Translations under genes and position numbers: made by a program
Notes under the pieces: model-generated
Seen by the model: only the letters and a program-made list of their open reading frames with translations
Told to the model about the DNA's origin: nothing
The model's database searches: none
Assembly (NCBI GenBank): GCA_002280405.1
Contig: NCDY01000003.1
Coordinates: 1 to 54,348 of the forward strand
DNA: 54,348 bases
Direction of reading: 5' to 3'
Source of the DNA: Rhodobacterales bacterium 32-66-9
GTDB lineage: Bacteria; Pseudomonadota; Alphaproteobacteria; Rhodobacterales; Rhodobacteraceae
Part shown: positions 1-9,617 of the stretch, in pieces
Numbering within the stretch: position 1 is the stretch's first letter
How the letters are laid out: each line of letters opens with the position of its first letter

Positions 1-867
1 CGGGGCCATCGCGGCCAGATCGGTCGCGGCCATGTTGTCGACCTTGGCCGTCAGCCGGGCCGTTCGGGAGGCCTTGTCGGCCACCAGCGTCAGCACTGCC
101 TGCGCCGGATCGGCCCCATCCAGCAGCGTGAGCCCGAGTTCCGCCGAAACCGCCCCGGTCCCGTTTTCGATCACCAGCCGACCGTCGCCGACCTGCCAGC
201 TGCGTCCTGCCCGGTCGTCGGTCAGGCTGAGTGTCAGGCCCTCGGCTTCGATCACCGTCAGCGAAGCCAGAACGGGCGACGCGAGCAGCTCTTCGGCGGC
301 AGCGAACACCTGGGAAAGGCTTTTCGGCCCCGTCGCCTGGGCCTGATCGTCCAGGACAAGGTCGATGCCGCCGGCCGCATCGCGGCGGATGGAGATGCGC
401 GCGCCGGCCAGACGCACTTGCGCAGGACGGACCTTTCCGGTCAGAAGCGCCGCCGGATCCAGCGCAACGGCGGCTTCGGGCAGGGTCAGAAGCGATCGGC
501 CATTGCTGCCGATCAGCCGGATGTCCCTCAGCCGGAACCGCGGCACGAAATTGCGGTCGACGCCCAACTCCACGCCGCCCAGCGAGAACCCCGCGTTCCG
601 CGGCAGCCGCGTCTGGGCCAGGCCGTCGTTCAACCGCGCTTCGATCTCGGCCACGCCCCAGGTCGGCAACCGCAGCGTCTTGCCGGTGTAGGCAAGCGTC
701 AGATAGCCGAAAGCGCCGGTGATCAGCACGAGCGTCAGGATCACCGTGAGGCTGATCCCGCCGCGCCCGCGCGGCAGACGCCGCCGGGGGCGCTCGGCCC
801 TGTCATCGCGGGCTGGCGCTGCTACGGGTTCGATCCCGTGTTCCAGCGCCACCGTTTGGTCCTGCAT
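1..867 (-). CDS. AsmA-like/YhdP-family envelope protein, N-terminal part (runs off the window)
   Basis: Minus-strand frame from ATG at 867: MQDQTVALEH...ISLTVILTLVLITGAFGYLTLAY (single N-terminal TM), then beta-rich RLRDIRLIGSNGRSLLTLPEAAVALDPAALLTGKVRP; divergent from bcp. Confidence 0.6.
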   Translation of the reverse strand, partial: MQDQTVALEHGIEPVAAPARDDRAERPRRRLPRGRGGISLTVILTLVLITGAFGYLTLAYTGKTLRLPTWGVAEIEARLNDGLAQTRLPRNAGFSLGGVELGVDRNFVPRFRLRDIRLIGSNGRSLLTLPEAAVALDPAALLTGKVRPAQVRLAGARISIRRDAAGGIDLVLDDQAQATGPKSLSQVFAAAEELLASPVLASLTVIEAEGLTLSLTDDRAGRSWQVGDGRLVIENGTGAVSAELGLTLLDGADPAQAVLTLVADKASRTARLTAKVDNMAATDLAAMAP

Positions 868-999
868 CTTTCGCCTTGTGCCACGCTGCCCCGGCCTCTC
901 CGGCCTGACAACGGCGCGCACGCCGCTGTCTTGCCTTTATCTTTGCGGATTGGCACCTAGATGGAAAGTCACATTGCAGCACAAGGCAAGGAGCCGCCC

Positions 1000-1461
1000 A
1001 TGATCTCCGCAGGAGCGATCGCGCCAGATTTCACCCTACCCCGCGACGGAGGCGGCACGGTCACGCTGTCCGCCCTGCGTCCGGGCAAAGTGGTCCTGTA
1101 TTTCTACCCCAAGGACGACACCCCGGGCTGCACGCTGGAGGCACAGGACTTCAACGCGCGTCTCGCCGACTTCACCGCCGCCGGCACGACGGTGATCGGC
1201 GTGTCGAAGGACAGCGTCAAGAGCCACGACAAGTTCTGCAAGAAACACGGGCTCGGCATTGTCCTCGCCTCGGACGAGACCGGCCACGCCAGCGAAGACT
1301 ACGGCGTCTGGCTGGAGAAGAGCATGTATGGCAAGACCTACATGGGGATCGAGCGGACGACCGTGCTGATCGACGGGTCGGGCAAGGTGGCGCGGGTCTG
1401 GAACAAGGTCAGCGTCAAGGGCCATGCCGACGACGTTCTGGCGGCAGCGCGGGCCTTGTAA
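1000..1461 (+). CDS. bcp: Peroxiredoxin, BCP/PrxQ family
   Basis: YFYPKDDTPGCTLEA peroxidatic motif, GIERTT; AAGGAG upstream of ATG 1000. Confidence 0.92.
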   Translation: MISAGAIAPDFTLPRDGGGTVTLSALRPGKVVLYFYPKDDTPGCTLEAQDFNARLADFTAAGTTVIGVSKDSVKSHDKFCKKHGLGIVLASDETGHASEDYGVWLEKSMYGKTYMGIERTTVLIDGSGKVARVWNKVSVKGHADDVLAAARAL

Positions 1462-1470
1462 CGATGGGCC

Positions 1471-1514
1471 CAAATTCCTTCGAAGGAATTTGCAAAAGTC
1501 TTCGAAGACTTTTG
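1471..1514. repeat. Tandem pair of perfect 22-bp palindromes (REP-like)
   Basis: caaattccttcgaaggaatttg + caaaagtcttcgaagacttttg; related copy at 52722-52766. Confidence 0.85.
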
Positions 1515-1524
1515 AGGGAAGGAG

Positions 1525-2343
1525 ATGAGGGTGCAGAGCCTGGCGGAAATGGCGGTGGAGGTGCTGACCACCGCCGATGGTCGTGAGAAGACCGCCCTCG
1601 GTCGCGCCCATGCCGCCGCCTGGTTCGCCGCGCGCGACACGGCAAAGCCGCTTCCGATCGGCCGGGCGGAGCCGCCGCCGCGTCCCGCCCGGCCCGTCAG
1701 GCCCGAGCTTCTGGCCCCCTCCGCTGTCCCGCGTCGTCGCCCCGGGTCGCCCGGAGGCCGGATCGCGCTGCTGCACGCGGTCGCGCATATCGAGCTGAAC
1801 GCGGTCGACCTGCACTGGGACCTCATCGCCCGCTTCTCCGACCAGCCGATGCCCCGGGGCTTTTACGATGACTGGGTCAAGGCCGCCGACGAGGAAGCCA
1901 AGCATTTCAACCTGATCTGCGACTGTCTTGAGGCGATGGGCAGCCACTATGGCGCCCTTCCCGCCCATGCGGGCATGTGGCGCGCCGCCGAAGACACCGC
2001 CCATGACCTTCTCGGTCGCCTGGCGGTCGTGCCCATGGTGCTGGAGGCGCGCGGCCTTGATGTCACCCCCGGCATGATCGAGATCTTTCGCAGGCATGGC
2101 GAAACGCAGGCCCGGGCCGCGCTGGAGGTGATCTACGCCGAAGAGGTGGCGCATGTCGCCTATGGCTCGAAATGGTTCAACTGGCTCTGCGGGCGCGACG
2201 GGACCGATCCGAAAGAGGTCTTTCACACACTTGTCCGCCGCTATTTCCACGGGTCGCTGAAGCCGCCCTTCAACGAGGCGAAACGTGCCGAAGCGGGCTT
2301 GCCGCCCGACTTCTACTGGCCGCTGGCCGAAGACGCCGGATAA
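1525..2343 (+). CDS. Ferritin-like domain protein (DUF455)
   Basis: LLHAVAHIELNAVDL, DEEAKHF, EARGLD, EEVAHV di-iron-type motifs. Confidence 0.85.
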   Translation: MRVQSLAEMAVEVLTTADGREKTALGRAHAAAWFAARDTAKPLPIGRAEPPPRPARPVRPELLAPSAVPRRRPGSPGGRIALLHAVAHIELNAVDLHWDLIARFSDQPMPRGFYDDWVKAADEEAKHFNLICDCLEAMGSHYGALPAHAGMWRAAEDTAHDLLGRLAVVPMVLEARGLDVTPGMIEIFRRHGETQARAALEVIYAEEVAHVAYGSKWFNWLCGRDGTDPKEVFHTLVRRYFHGSLKPPFNEAKRAEAGLPPDFYWPLAEDAG

Positions 2344-2513
2344 TCGGCGATTTCTTGCCGATAAATTCCCCGTCGCGCGCGGAAAAACCCTGCGTCCGGT
2401 CAAAATTGTTGCGGCGCTGTAACCGGCTGGATAATCAGGACCAGGCCTGGGGTCGGCGATCCCGGGGTAACGCTGCCAGGCCTCTGCCAGGGCCATGAAC
2501 GGATGACCCCAAC

Positions 2514-3851
2514 GTGTTGAATCGCCTTGCCTATCGCTACCATCAAAGCCTGGAGCGTCACTTTCCGGAACAGCGGCTGTTCCTGAAGTCGGACACCGAG
2601 ACACGGTTCATCCGGCTGCGTCCGGCGACCCAGATCATGGCTCTCGTGGGCGGCACGCTGGCCCTTGCCTGGACCATCGTCGCCACCGCGCTGATCATGA
2701 TGGATTCGATCGGTGCCGGCTCGGCCCGCGAACAGTCGGTCCGCCAGCAGGCCCTGTATGAGGAACGGCTGAACGCGCTGTCAACGGACCGCGACCTGCG
2801 GGCCGAAGAGGCGGTCCGGGCCCAGGAGCGGTTCAACATCGCGCTGGCGCAGGTGTCCGACATGCAGGAGCGGCTCCTGGCTTCGGAGGAACGGCGGCAG
2901 GAGCTGGAAACCGGGATCGAGGCGGTCCAGGACACGCTGCGCACAACCATCAAGGAACGCGACGGTGCGCGTGCAGAGGCCGAGCGGATGACCCTCGCGC
3001 TCAGCGCGCAATCGGGCGGTGCGACCGAGCTTGGCCGGGCCAGCGACACGCTCGCGACGCTCGAGTTCCTGACCGGGGCCCTTGGCGAGGCGGCGCTGGA
3101 ACGCAACAGGAGCCTTTCCGAAGCCGCGGCGGCGCGCGAGGAGGCCCGGCGTGTCGCCGACGCCAAGCAAGCGATGCAGCTGCGCAACGATGCGATCTTC
3201 GCCAAGCTGGAAGAGGCGCTGACCGTCTCGGTCGAGCCCCTGGACAGGATGTTCCGCGAGGTCGGCATGTCGCCTGAGGCACTGATCGATTCGGTCCGCG
3301 AGGGCTATTCCGGCCAGGGTGGACCGCTTACGCCGATCACCTTCTCGACTTCGGGCGCGGCACCGGCACCCGAAGAGCTGCGCGCGAACGCGATTCTGGG
3401 CGGGCTCGACCGGCTGAACATGTATCGCATCGCGGCCGGCAGCCTGCCGCTGGCGATGCCGGTCCGCGGCAATTTCCGCATGACCTCGAGCTTCGGATAT
3501 CGCAACGATCCGATGGGCCGCGGCACCAGGATGCACAACGGCACGGATCTGGCGGGCACCCGCGGGGCACCGATCTACGCCAGCGGCGACGGCGTGGTGA
3601 TCTTTGCGGGCTGGAAAGGCGACTTCGGCTGGCACGTTCAGATCCGTCACAGCAATGGCCTGGTCTCGAGCTATTCCCACATGGCTCAAGTTCGCGTGGA
3701 GACCGGTCAAAGGGTCTCGCGCGGGGACCAGATCGGTGATATGGGCAGTTCAGGCCGTTCCACCGGCACCCATCTGCACTACGAGGTTCAGTTGAACGGA
3801 ACCCCGGTGAACCCGATGACCTTCATAAAGGCAGCGAAGAATGTTTTCTAA
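2514..3851 (+). CDS. M23 family peptidoglycan endopeptidase with N-terminal TM and coiled coil
   Basis: HNGTD and HLHYE M23 motifs, GSSGRSTG; long coiled coil. Confidence 0.9.
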   Translation: MLNRLAYRYHQSLERHFPEQRLFLKSDTETRFIRLRPATQIMALVGGTLALAWTIVATALIMMDSIGAGSAREQSVRQQALYEERLNALSTDRDLRAEEAVRAQERFNIALAQVSDMQERLLASEERRQELETGIEAVQDTLRTTIKERDGARAEAERMTLALSAQSGGATELGRASDTLATLEFLTGALGEAALERNRSLSEAAAAREEARRVADAKQAMQLRNDAIFAKLEEALTVSVEPLDRMFREVGMSPEALIDSVREGYSGQGGPLTPITFSTSGAAPAPEELRANAILGGLDRLNMYRIAAGSLPLAMPVRGNFRMTSSFGYRNDPMGRGTRMHNGTDLAGTRGAPIYASGDGVVIFAGWKGDFGWHVQIRHSNGLVSSYSHMAQVRVETGQRVSRGDQIGDMGSSGRSTGTHLHYEVQLNGTPVNPMTFIKAAKNVF

Positions 3852-4347
3852 GAGCCGCATCAACGAGCCGGGCCCGAAGGCCGAGGCCGAGAAGCCCAAA
3901 GCCCCGGAGACCCCGATGACCAAGCCGTCCATGGATTTCACCCCCTCCGCGCCGAAGGGCAAGGCAGGTGCGTCGGTGCTGTCGTCCGACCTGACGGTCG
4001 TTGGCAACCTGCGCACCACGGGTGACATCCAGGTCGAAGGCACCGTCGAGGGCGACATCCGGGCGCATCTGCTGACCGTGGGCGAAAGCGCCACCATCCG
4101 CGGCGAGATCGTGGCCGACGACATCGTCGTCAATGGCCGGGTCATCGGCCGCGTCCGGGGCCTGAAGGTCCGCCTGACCTCCACCGCCCGGGTGGAAGGC
4201 GACATCATCCACAAGACCATCGCCATCGAATCCGGCGCGCATTTCGAAGGCTCGGTGCAACGCCAGGAAGACCCGCTTGCCAACGGCCGCAGCCCTGTCG
4301 GGGCCGTGCGGCTGGACACGCCCGCGGCGGCCGGCGACGCCGAATAA
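3841..4347 (+). CDS. Bactofilin (polymer-forming cytoskeletal protein)
   Basis: Beta-helix repeats GNLRTTGDIQVEGTVEGDI...IESGAHFEG; overlaps the M23 gene. Confidence 0.9.
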   Translation: MFSKSRINEPGPKAEAEKPKAPETPMTKPSMDFTPSAPKGKAGASVLSSDLTVVGNLRTTGDIQVEGTVEGDIRAHLLTVGESATIRGEIVADDIVVNGRVIGRVRGLKVRLTSTARVEGDIIHKTIAIESGAHFEGSVQRQEDPLANGRSPVGAVRLDTPAAAGDAE

Positions 4348-4358
4348 GCCGATCCTGC

Positions 4359-5065
4359 ATGACCGGTTCGCGGGCATCGGAGGGCACTCCGGTGCCCGTT
4401 TCCTTTTGTGCCGAGGCTGATCGCAGGACGATCCTCGTGGCGGCGGTCCTCGCGTCATCGATGGGGTTCATCGACAGTTCGGTGACGTCGATCCCGATCC
4501 CGGCCATGCGGGCGGCTCTGGGGGCCACCCTGCCCCAGGCACAATGGATCGATGGCGATGATCGCCCGCGCCTATCCCGTGGCCGACCGGGGCCGCGCGC
4601 TTGGCCTCTGGGCCGCGGCCTCGACGCTGACCACCGCGCCCGGGCCGGTCCTTGGCGGCATGTTCATCACCTGGGGAGGCGATCCTGGCTGGCGTTGCCG
4701 CGCCACTTGGGGAATTCTGGTCGCTCGTGGTGCCGCTGGCCGCGCTGGCCGGGACCGGCCTCGGCCTTGACGTGGCACCCCTGACCGCGGCTGAGATGCA
4801 AGGCGCGGCCGATAGCGAACAGGGGGCAGCCTCGGGCATCAACAATGCCGTCGCCCGCGCCGGCGGTCTGGCAGCGGTCGCCGTTCTGGGCCGGGTCGCG
4901 GCCTGGTCCTACGGCGATGCGGCTCCGGGCTTCGGGGTGCCCGGCGACGGACCGGCGCATCTTGCCGCGACCGGAACCGCTTTCGGCACGATTGCCCTGA
5001 GCGCGAGCCTGAGCGCCGCGCTGGCGGCCGCGCTGGCCCTTTGCGTCACGCGGGCTGTCAGGTGA
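4359..5065 (+). pseudogene. DHA2-type MFS transporter remnant with two large internal deletions/frameshifts
   Basis: Three collinear fragments in different frames: LASSMGFIDSSV..AQWI / MAMIARAYP..RGRALGLWAAAS..GPVLGG / APLTA..GAASGINNAVAR; only ~700 nt in total. Confidence 0.8.
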
Positions 5066-5825
5066 TCGCGCGGCGATAGAGATGCCAGCTCGCGTGACCG
5101 AACAGCGGAAGCACGACGAACAACCCCAGGAAGGCGGGAATCATCCCCAGAAACAGGCTGATCGCGATCAGGCCACCCCAGCCCAGCATCAAAAGCGGGT
5201 TTTCCCGGACCAGCGCAAAGCTTGTCAGCATCGCGGTGACGAAATCCACCTCGCGGTCCAGAAGCATCGGCAGGCTCACGACGGTCAGGCTGAACAAGAG
5301 CGTCGCGAACGCCGCACCCACCACCGTCCCGAAGGCAAGCATGGTCAGCCCGGCCGGCGACAGGAAGACCTCAAGCGAGGACGAGACATTGGTCATCGTC
5401 GCATTCCCCAGGAACAGCGCGAAGATCATGTGCGACAGGAAGTTCCAGAACAGGAAATAGACCACGATGACCGCGGCCATGGCCGGAACCTGGCGGTCCT
5501 TCTGGCGGAAGATCACCCCGAAGATCGCGCCTGGCGTCAGCGGTTCGCCCGTTTCCAGCCGCCGCGAGATCTCGTAGAACCCGCAGGCGATGAACGGGCC
5601 GAGGATCGGAAACCCGGCACTGGCGGGCAGCGTCCACCAGATCTGGCCCTTCGTCGTCATCGCCCAGAAGATCAGCCAGCCCCCCAGCACATAGACCACC
5701 GAGAAAGCCAGCCCCAGAGCCGGCGCGCGGCGAAAGTCATGCCAGCCCGAGGCCAGGCTTTCCCGCAGGTCGGACAGGTCCAGCAGGGTGATTTCGGGTG
5801 CGGCTGGCGGAGGCGCGACGCTCAT
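5058..5825 (-). CDS. DUF2189 integral membrane protein
   Basis: GWHDFRRAP, GPFIACGFYEISRRLE, PLFGHASWHLYRR; multiple TM segments. Confidence 0.85.
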   Translation of the reverse strand: MSVAPPPAAPEITLLDLSDLRESLASGWHDFRRAPALGLAFSVVYVLGGWLIFWAMTTKGQIWWTLPASAGFPILGPFIACGFYEISRRLETGEPLTPGAIFGVIFRQKDRQVPAMAAVIVVYFLFWNFLSHMIFALFLGNATMTNVSSSLEVFLSPAGLTMLAFGTVVGAAFATLLFSLTVVSLPMLLDREVDFVTAMLTSFALVRENPLLMLGWGGLIAISLFLGMIPAFLGLFVVLPLFGHASWHLYRRAIT

Positions 5826-5879
5826 GCCCGGATGCTAAGCGCGAGGCGGACTGTCGAGCAAGGGCTTTGCAGCGGTTTC

Positions 5880-5960
5880 CCCGTCCCGGGCGCCGACCCG
5901 GAGGATGGCCCGAGGGTCGCGCTCGGCGGGCGCTGAGGCCCCGGATCAGGTCCGGGGCGG
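5880..5960. repeat. REP-like palindromic element (may also terminate prfB)
   Basis: gccccgga-tcagg-tccggggc hairpin at 5938-5958 plus an upstream ccgggcgccgacccgg hairpin; resembles common alphaproteobacterial ...ccggatcaagtccgg... repeats. Confidence 0.55.
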
Positions 5961-5967
5961 TTGCGCC

Positions 5968-7095
5968 TCAGTCGACGTCCGCGATCTCGCCGCGCTTTTT
6001 GCCGCTGGCGTTCTGTGCCAGCGTCGCCGACATGAACCCGTCGAGATCGCCGTCCAACACGCCTTGCGTGTCCGATGTCTCATGGCCCGTGCGCAGGTCC
6101 TTCACCATCTGGTAGGGCTGCAGCACATAGGACCGGATCTGGTTGCCCCAGCCCGCGTCGCCCTTGCTCTCATGCGCTTCGTTGATCGAGGCGGTCCGGC
6201 GGTCCAGCTCCTGCTGGTACAGCCGCGACTTCAGCGCCTTCATCGCGATGTCACGGTTCTGGTGCTGCGATTTCAGGCTGGAAGTCACCACGATGCCGGA
6301 GGGGAAGTGGGTGATCCGCACCGCCGAGTCGGTCTTGTTGACGTGCTGGCCACCCGCCCCCGAGGAGCGGTAGGTGTCGATGCGGATGTCCTTGTCCTGC
6401 ACCTCGATCTCGATGTTGTCGTCGACCACCGGATAGACCCAGACCGAACAGAAACTGGTATGCCGCCGCGCCGCGCTGTCATAGGGGCTGATCCGCACAA
6501 GCCTGTGCACACCCGCCTCTGTCTTCAGCCAGCCATAGGCGTTCTTGCCGCTGATCTTGTAGGAGGCCGACTTGATCCCCGCGCCCTCACCCTCGCTTTC
6601 CGACTGCAGTTCCACCGTGAAGCCGCGCTTTTCGGCCCAGCGGACATACATCCGCGCCAGCATGGAGGCCCAGTCGCAGCTTTCGGTGCCCCCGGCCCCG
6701 GCGTTGATTTCAAGGAAGGTGTCGTTGCCGTCCGCCTCGCCGTCGAGAAGCGCCTCAAGCTCCTTCTCGGCGGCAAGCCTGACCAGGTCGGCCAGCGCCC
6801 CCTCGGCCTCGCTCACGATCTCGGCGTCGCCTTCGGCCTCGCCCAGCTCGATCAGCCCGACGTTGTCCTTCAGCCCGGTGTCGATCTGCTTGTAGGCCGC
6901 GACCGCATCCATCAGCGCCTGACGGTCGCGCATCAGCTTTTGCGCCTTGGCCGGGTCGTTCCAGAGGTCGGGGGATTCGATCATGGCATCGAATTCCTCC
7001 AGCCGGTGCGGCGCGGTTTCCCAGTCCATCCGCTGCGCCAGAAGCTTCAGCGTCTTCTGGATGGCTTCAACATTGCCTTGGGTTTCGGCGCGCAT
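5968..7095 (-). CDS. prfB: Peptide chain release factor 2 (continuous frame, no programmed frameshift)
   Basis: GAGGQHVNKT, RISPY (SPF-like motif), WGNQIRSYV. Confidence 0.95.
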   Translation of the reverse strand: MRAETQGNVEAIQKTLKLLAQRMDWETAPHRLEEFDAMIESPDLWNDPAKAQKLMRDRQALMDAVAAYKQIDTGLKDNVGLIELGEAEGDAEIVSEAEGALADLVRLAAEKELEALLDGEADGNDTFLEINAGAGGTESCDWASMLARMYVRWAEKRGFTVELQSESEGEGAGIKSASYKISGKNAYGWLKTEAGVHRLVRISPYDSAARRHTSFCSVWVYPVVDDNIEIEVQDKDIRIDTYRSSGAGGQHVNKTDSAVRITHFPSGIVVTSSLKSQHQNRDIAMKALKSRLYQQELDRRTASINEAHESKGDAGWGNQIRSYVLQPYQMVKDLRTGHETSDTQGVLDGDLDGFMSATLAQNASGKKRGEIADVD

Positions 7096-7182
7096 GGGGC
7101 GGGTCCAGTCTCTTGTCTCGCGGGCGGTCATACGGGTTTGGCCGCACCCCGGCAAGGGTGCGGTCCCTGGCAGACTGCGGTG

Positions 7183-9517
7183 TCAGTAAAGTCCGCCGGA
7201 AGAGACCGTGCCGAAATCGGCCTTCTTCGGAACGACGACCGATTCGCCTTCGGAGGTGGTCACCGTCGTGCCCTGATCGACGACGGTTTCCCCCTCGCCA
7301 TAGGCGAAGAGCGGCAGGTTTTCTCCCATGGCAAAGCCGCCGTCCACCACCAGGCCAAGGCCGATCAGGGCATCTGCGCCTTCGCGGAAATACTCGGCAA
7401 CCACGTTGTCGCCGGAGGCCTCGGGCGGCAGCGGCTGGCCGGTGAACCGGTCGATGTTGCGGAAATAGCCACCCGGAGGCACGCGGAACTCGCCGCCGCC
7501 GTATTTCTTGATCGCCTTCTCCATGAAGGTCTGGAACACCGGAACGCACAGCGTTCCGCCGAAGGCAGACTCGCCCAGGCTGCGCGGCTGGTCATAGCCG
7601 ATGTAGCAGCCCGCCACGATGTTCGAGGAATAGCCGATGAACCAGACATCCTTGTTTTCGTTGGTCGTGCCGGTCTTGCCTGCGATGGGGACCGGCAGGT
7701 TCAGCCGGCTGGCCGACCCGCGCTGCACCACGCCCCGCATCATGCTGGTCAACTGATAGGCGGTGACGGCGTTCATCACCCGTTCCCGGTTGGTGTCGAT
7801 GGAGACCCCCTGCCCCGCAGGCAGGGTTGCGGCGGCGCAAGTCACGCAGATGCGCTGGTCGTGGCGGTAGATCGTCTTGCCGAACCGGTCCTGCACCCGG
7901 TCGACCAGCGTCGGCTCCACCCTCTCGCCGCCATTGGCGAACATGGCATAGGCCGCGACCATCTTGAACAGCGTCGTTTCCTGGGCCCCAAGCGCATTGG
8001 CCAGGAAGGTTCCCATCCGGTCATAGACGCCAAAGCGTTCGGCATAGCTCGCAACGGTCTGCATGCCGATTTCCTGCGCGATCCGCACGGTCATCAGGTT
8101 GCGCGACTGTTCGATCCCGGTGCGCATCGGGGTCGGCCCGTAGTATTTGTTCGAGGCGTTCTTCGGGGTCCAGAGGCCCTGCGGCGTCTCGACCTCGACC
8201 AGCGGTTCCAGCCAGAGCATGCCGCGCGAGCCGTTGCGCACGAGATCGATCGTCCGCCAGCAGATCGCCCGCGACCTTGGCCTTCTTGCCCAGTTCGCCG
8301 CCTTCCAGACGCTTCCTTGCCCAGGTCACGTCCTCGGCCGGGATGAAATTGCCTTTCCCGTTGTCCAGAACCCCTTCGATGCCGACCCGGGCGTCGGTTT
8401 CGCCCACGTCCAGCACCACCGCCGGGAACCAGGCCGGGATGTCGCGCGGCAGCTCCAGCGCGGCCAGCGCCGCCCGCCAGTCCGCTTCCGCGCCCAGCGC
8501 CGCGGCCGGCAGCGTCTTGCCCGTGCCGCGCCAGACGCCCTGGCTGCGGTCATAGTTCTCCAGCCCCTCGCGCAGAGCCGCCGCCGCCGCATCCTGCAGC
8601 GCGGGGTCCATTGTCGCGCGGATCGTCAGGCCGCCCGAAAAGAACTCCTTCTCGCCAAACAGGCCCGAAAGCTGGCGCCGGATTTCGTCGGTGAAATAGT
8701 CGCGCGGGGGCAGCGCATCGCGGAACGCCTCGAAATCGCCGTTCTGCACGGTGCGCAGCGGCATATCCTTTTCCGCAAGATAGGTGGCCTCGTCGAGATA
8801 GCCGTTCTGCCACATCTCGCGCAGCACGTAGTTGCGCCGTTCCGTCAGCCGGTCCTTCGCGGTCACCGGGTCGAATTTGCCCGGTGCCTGCGGCAAGGCG
8901 GCCAGCATGGCCGCCTCGTGCGGGGCAAGCTCGGACAGGGACTTGTTGAAATAGGTCTGCGCCGCGGCCGCCACGCCATAGGAGTTCTTCCCCAGGAAGA
9001 TCTCGTTCAGATACAGTTCCAGAATCCTGTCCTTCGACAGCGCCCGCTCCAGCCGCGTTGCAAGGATGATCTCCTTGATCTTGCGCTCGACGCTGCGCGA
9101 GCCATCCAGCAGCAGGTTCTTCGCCACCTGCTGCGTGATCGTCGAGGCTCCGCGCATATTGCTGCCCCGCGTCCTTGCCCCCTCGATCAGCGCCGCCAGT
9201 ATACCGCGCGCGTCATAGCCGTTGTGTGTGTAGAAATTCTTGTCCTCGGCACTGATGAAGGCGTTCTTCACCAGGTCGGGAATGTCGCCGGAGGCCACGA
9301 ACAGCCGCCGTTCCTCGGCGAATTCGTCGATGATCCGGCCTTCGCCCGAATAGATCCGGCTGATCGTCGCAGGGGAGTATTGCGCAAGGTTCTCGTGGCT
9401 CGGCAGGTCGCGGGAATACATGTAGAAGATGCCGCCCATGGTCAGCGCAGCAAAGATCAGCCCCACCGTGATGAAGGAAAAGAGACCGCCCAGAACGTTG
9501 CCGACAAACCTAAGCAC
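7183..9517 (-). pseudogene. mrcA: Penicillin-binding protein 1A, broken at ~8200-8257 (frameshift, SxxK region missing; possibly a misassembly)
   Basis: Transglycosylase motifs EDKNFY, GASTITQQVAKN, RKIKE in 8021-9517; transpeptidase SRN and KTG in 7183-8241; the QPGSxxK segment is absent. Confidence 0.85.
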
Positions 9518-9617
9518 CGAACACCCCGCTGATTTCGCCCTGCACTATAGCAGACGCGCGCGCCAGTCAAAACCTTGGCCGGTCACAAGTGGCGGCGCGG
9601 GCGGGGTTTCGCAAGCC

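Noticed and set aside
7010-7095. Programmed +1 frameshift in prfB
   Set aside because: The frame is continuous and has no CTT-TGA site; frameshift-less prfB genes are known.
5905-8346. Long alternative ORFs (also 25067-27784, 30233-32548, and the upstream part of 40779-43670)
   Set aside because: Antisense shadows of real genes, expected at high GC; no recognisable motifs.
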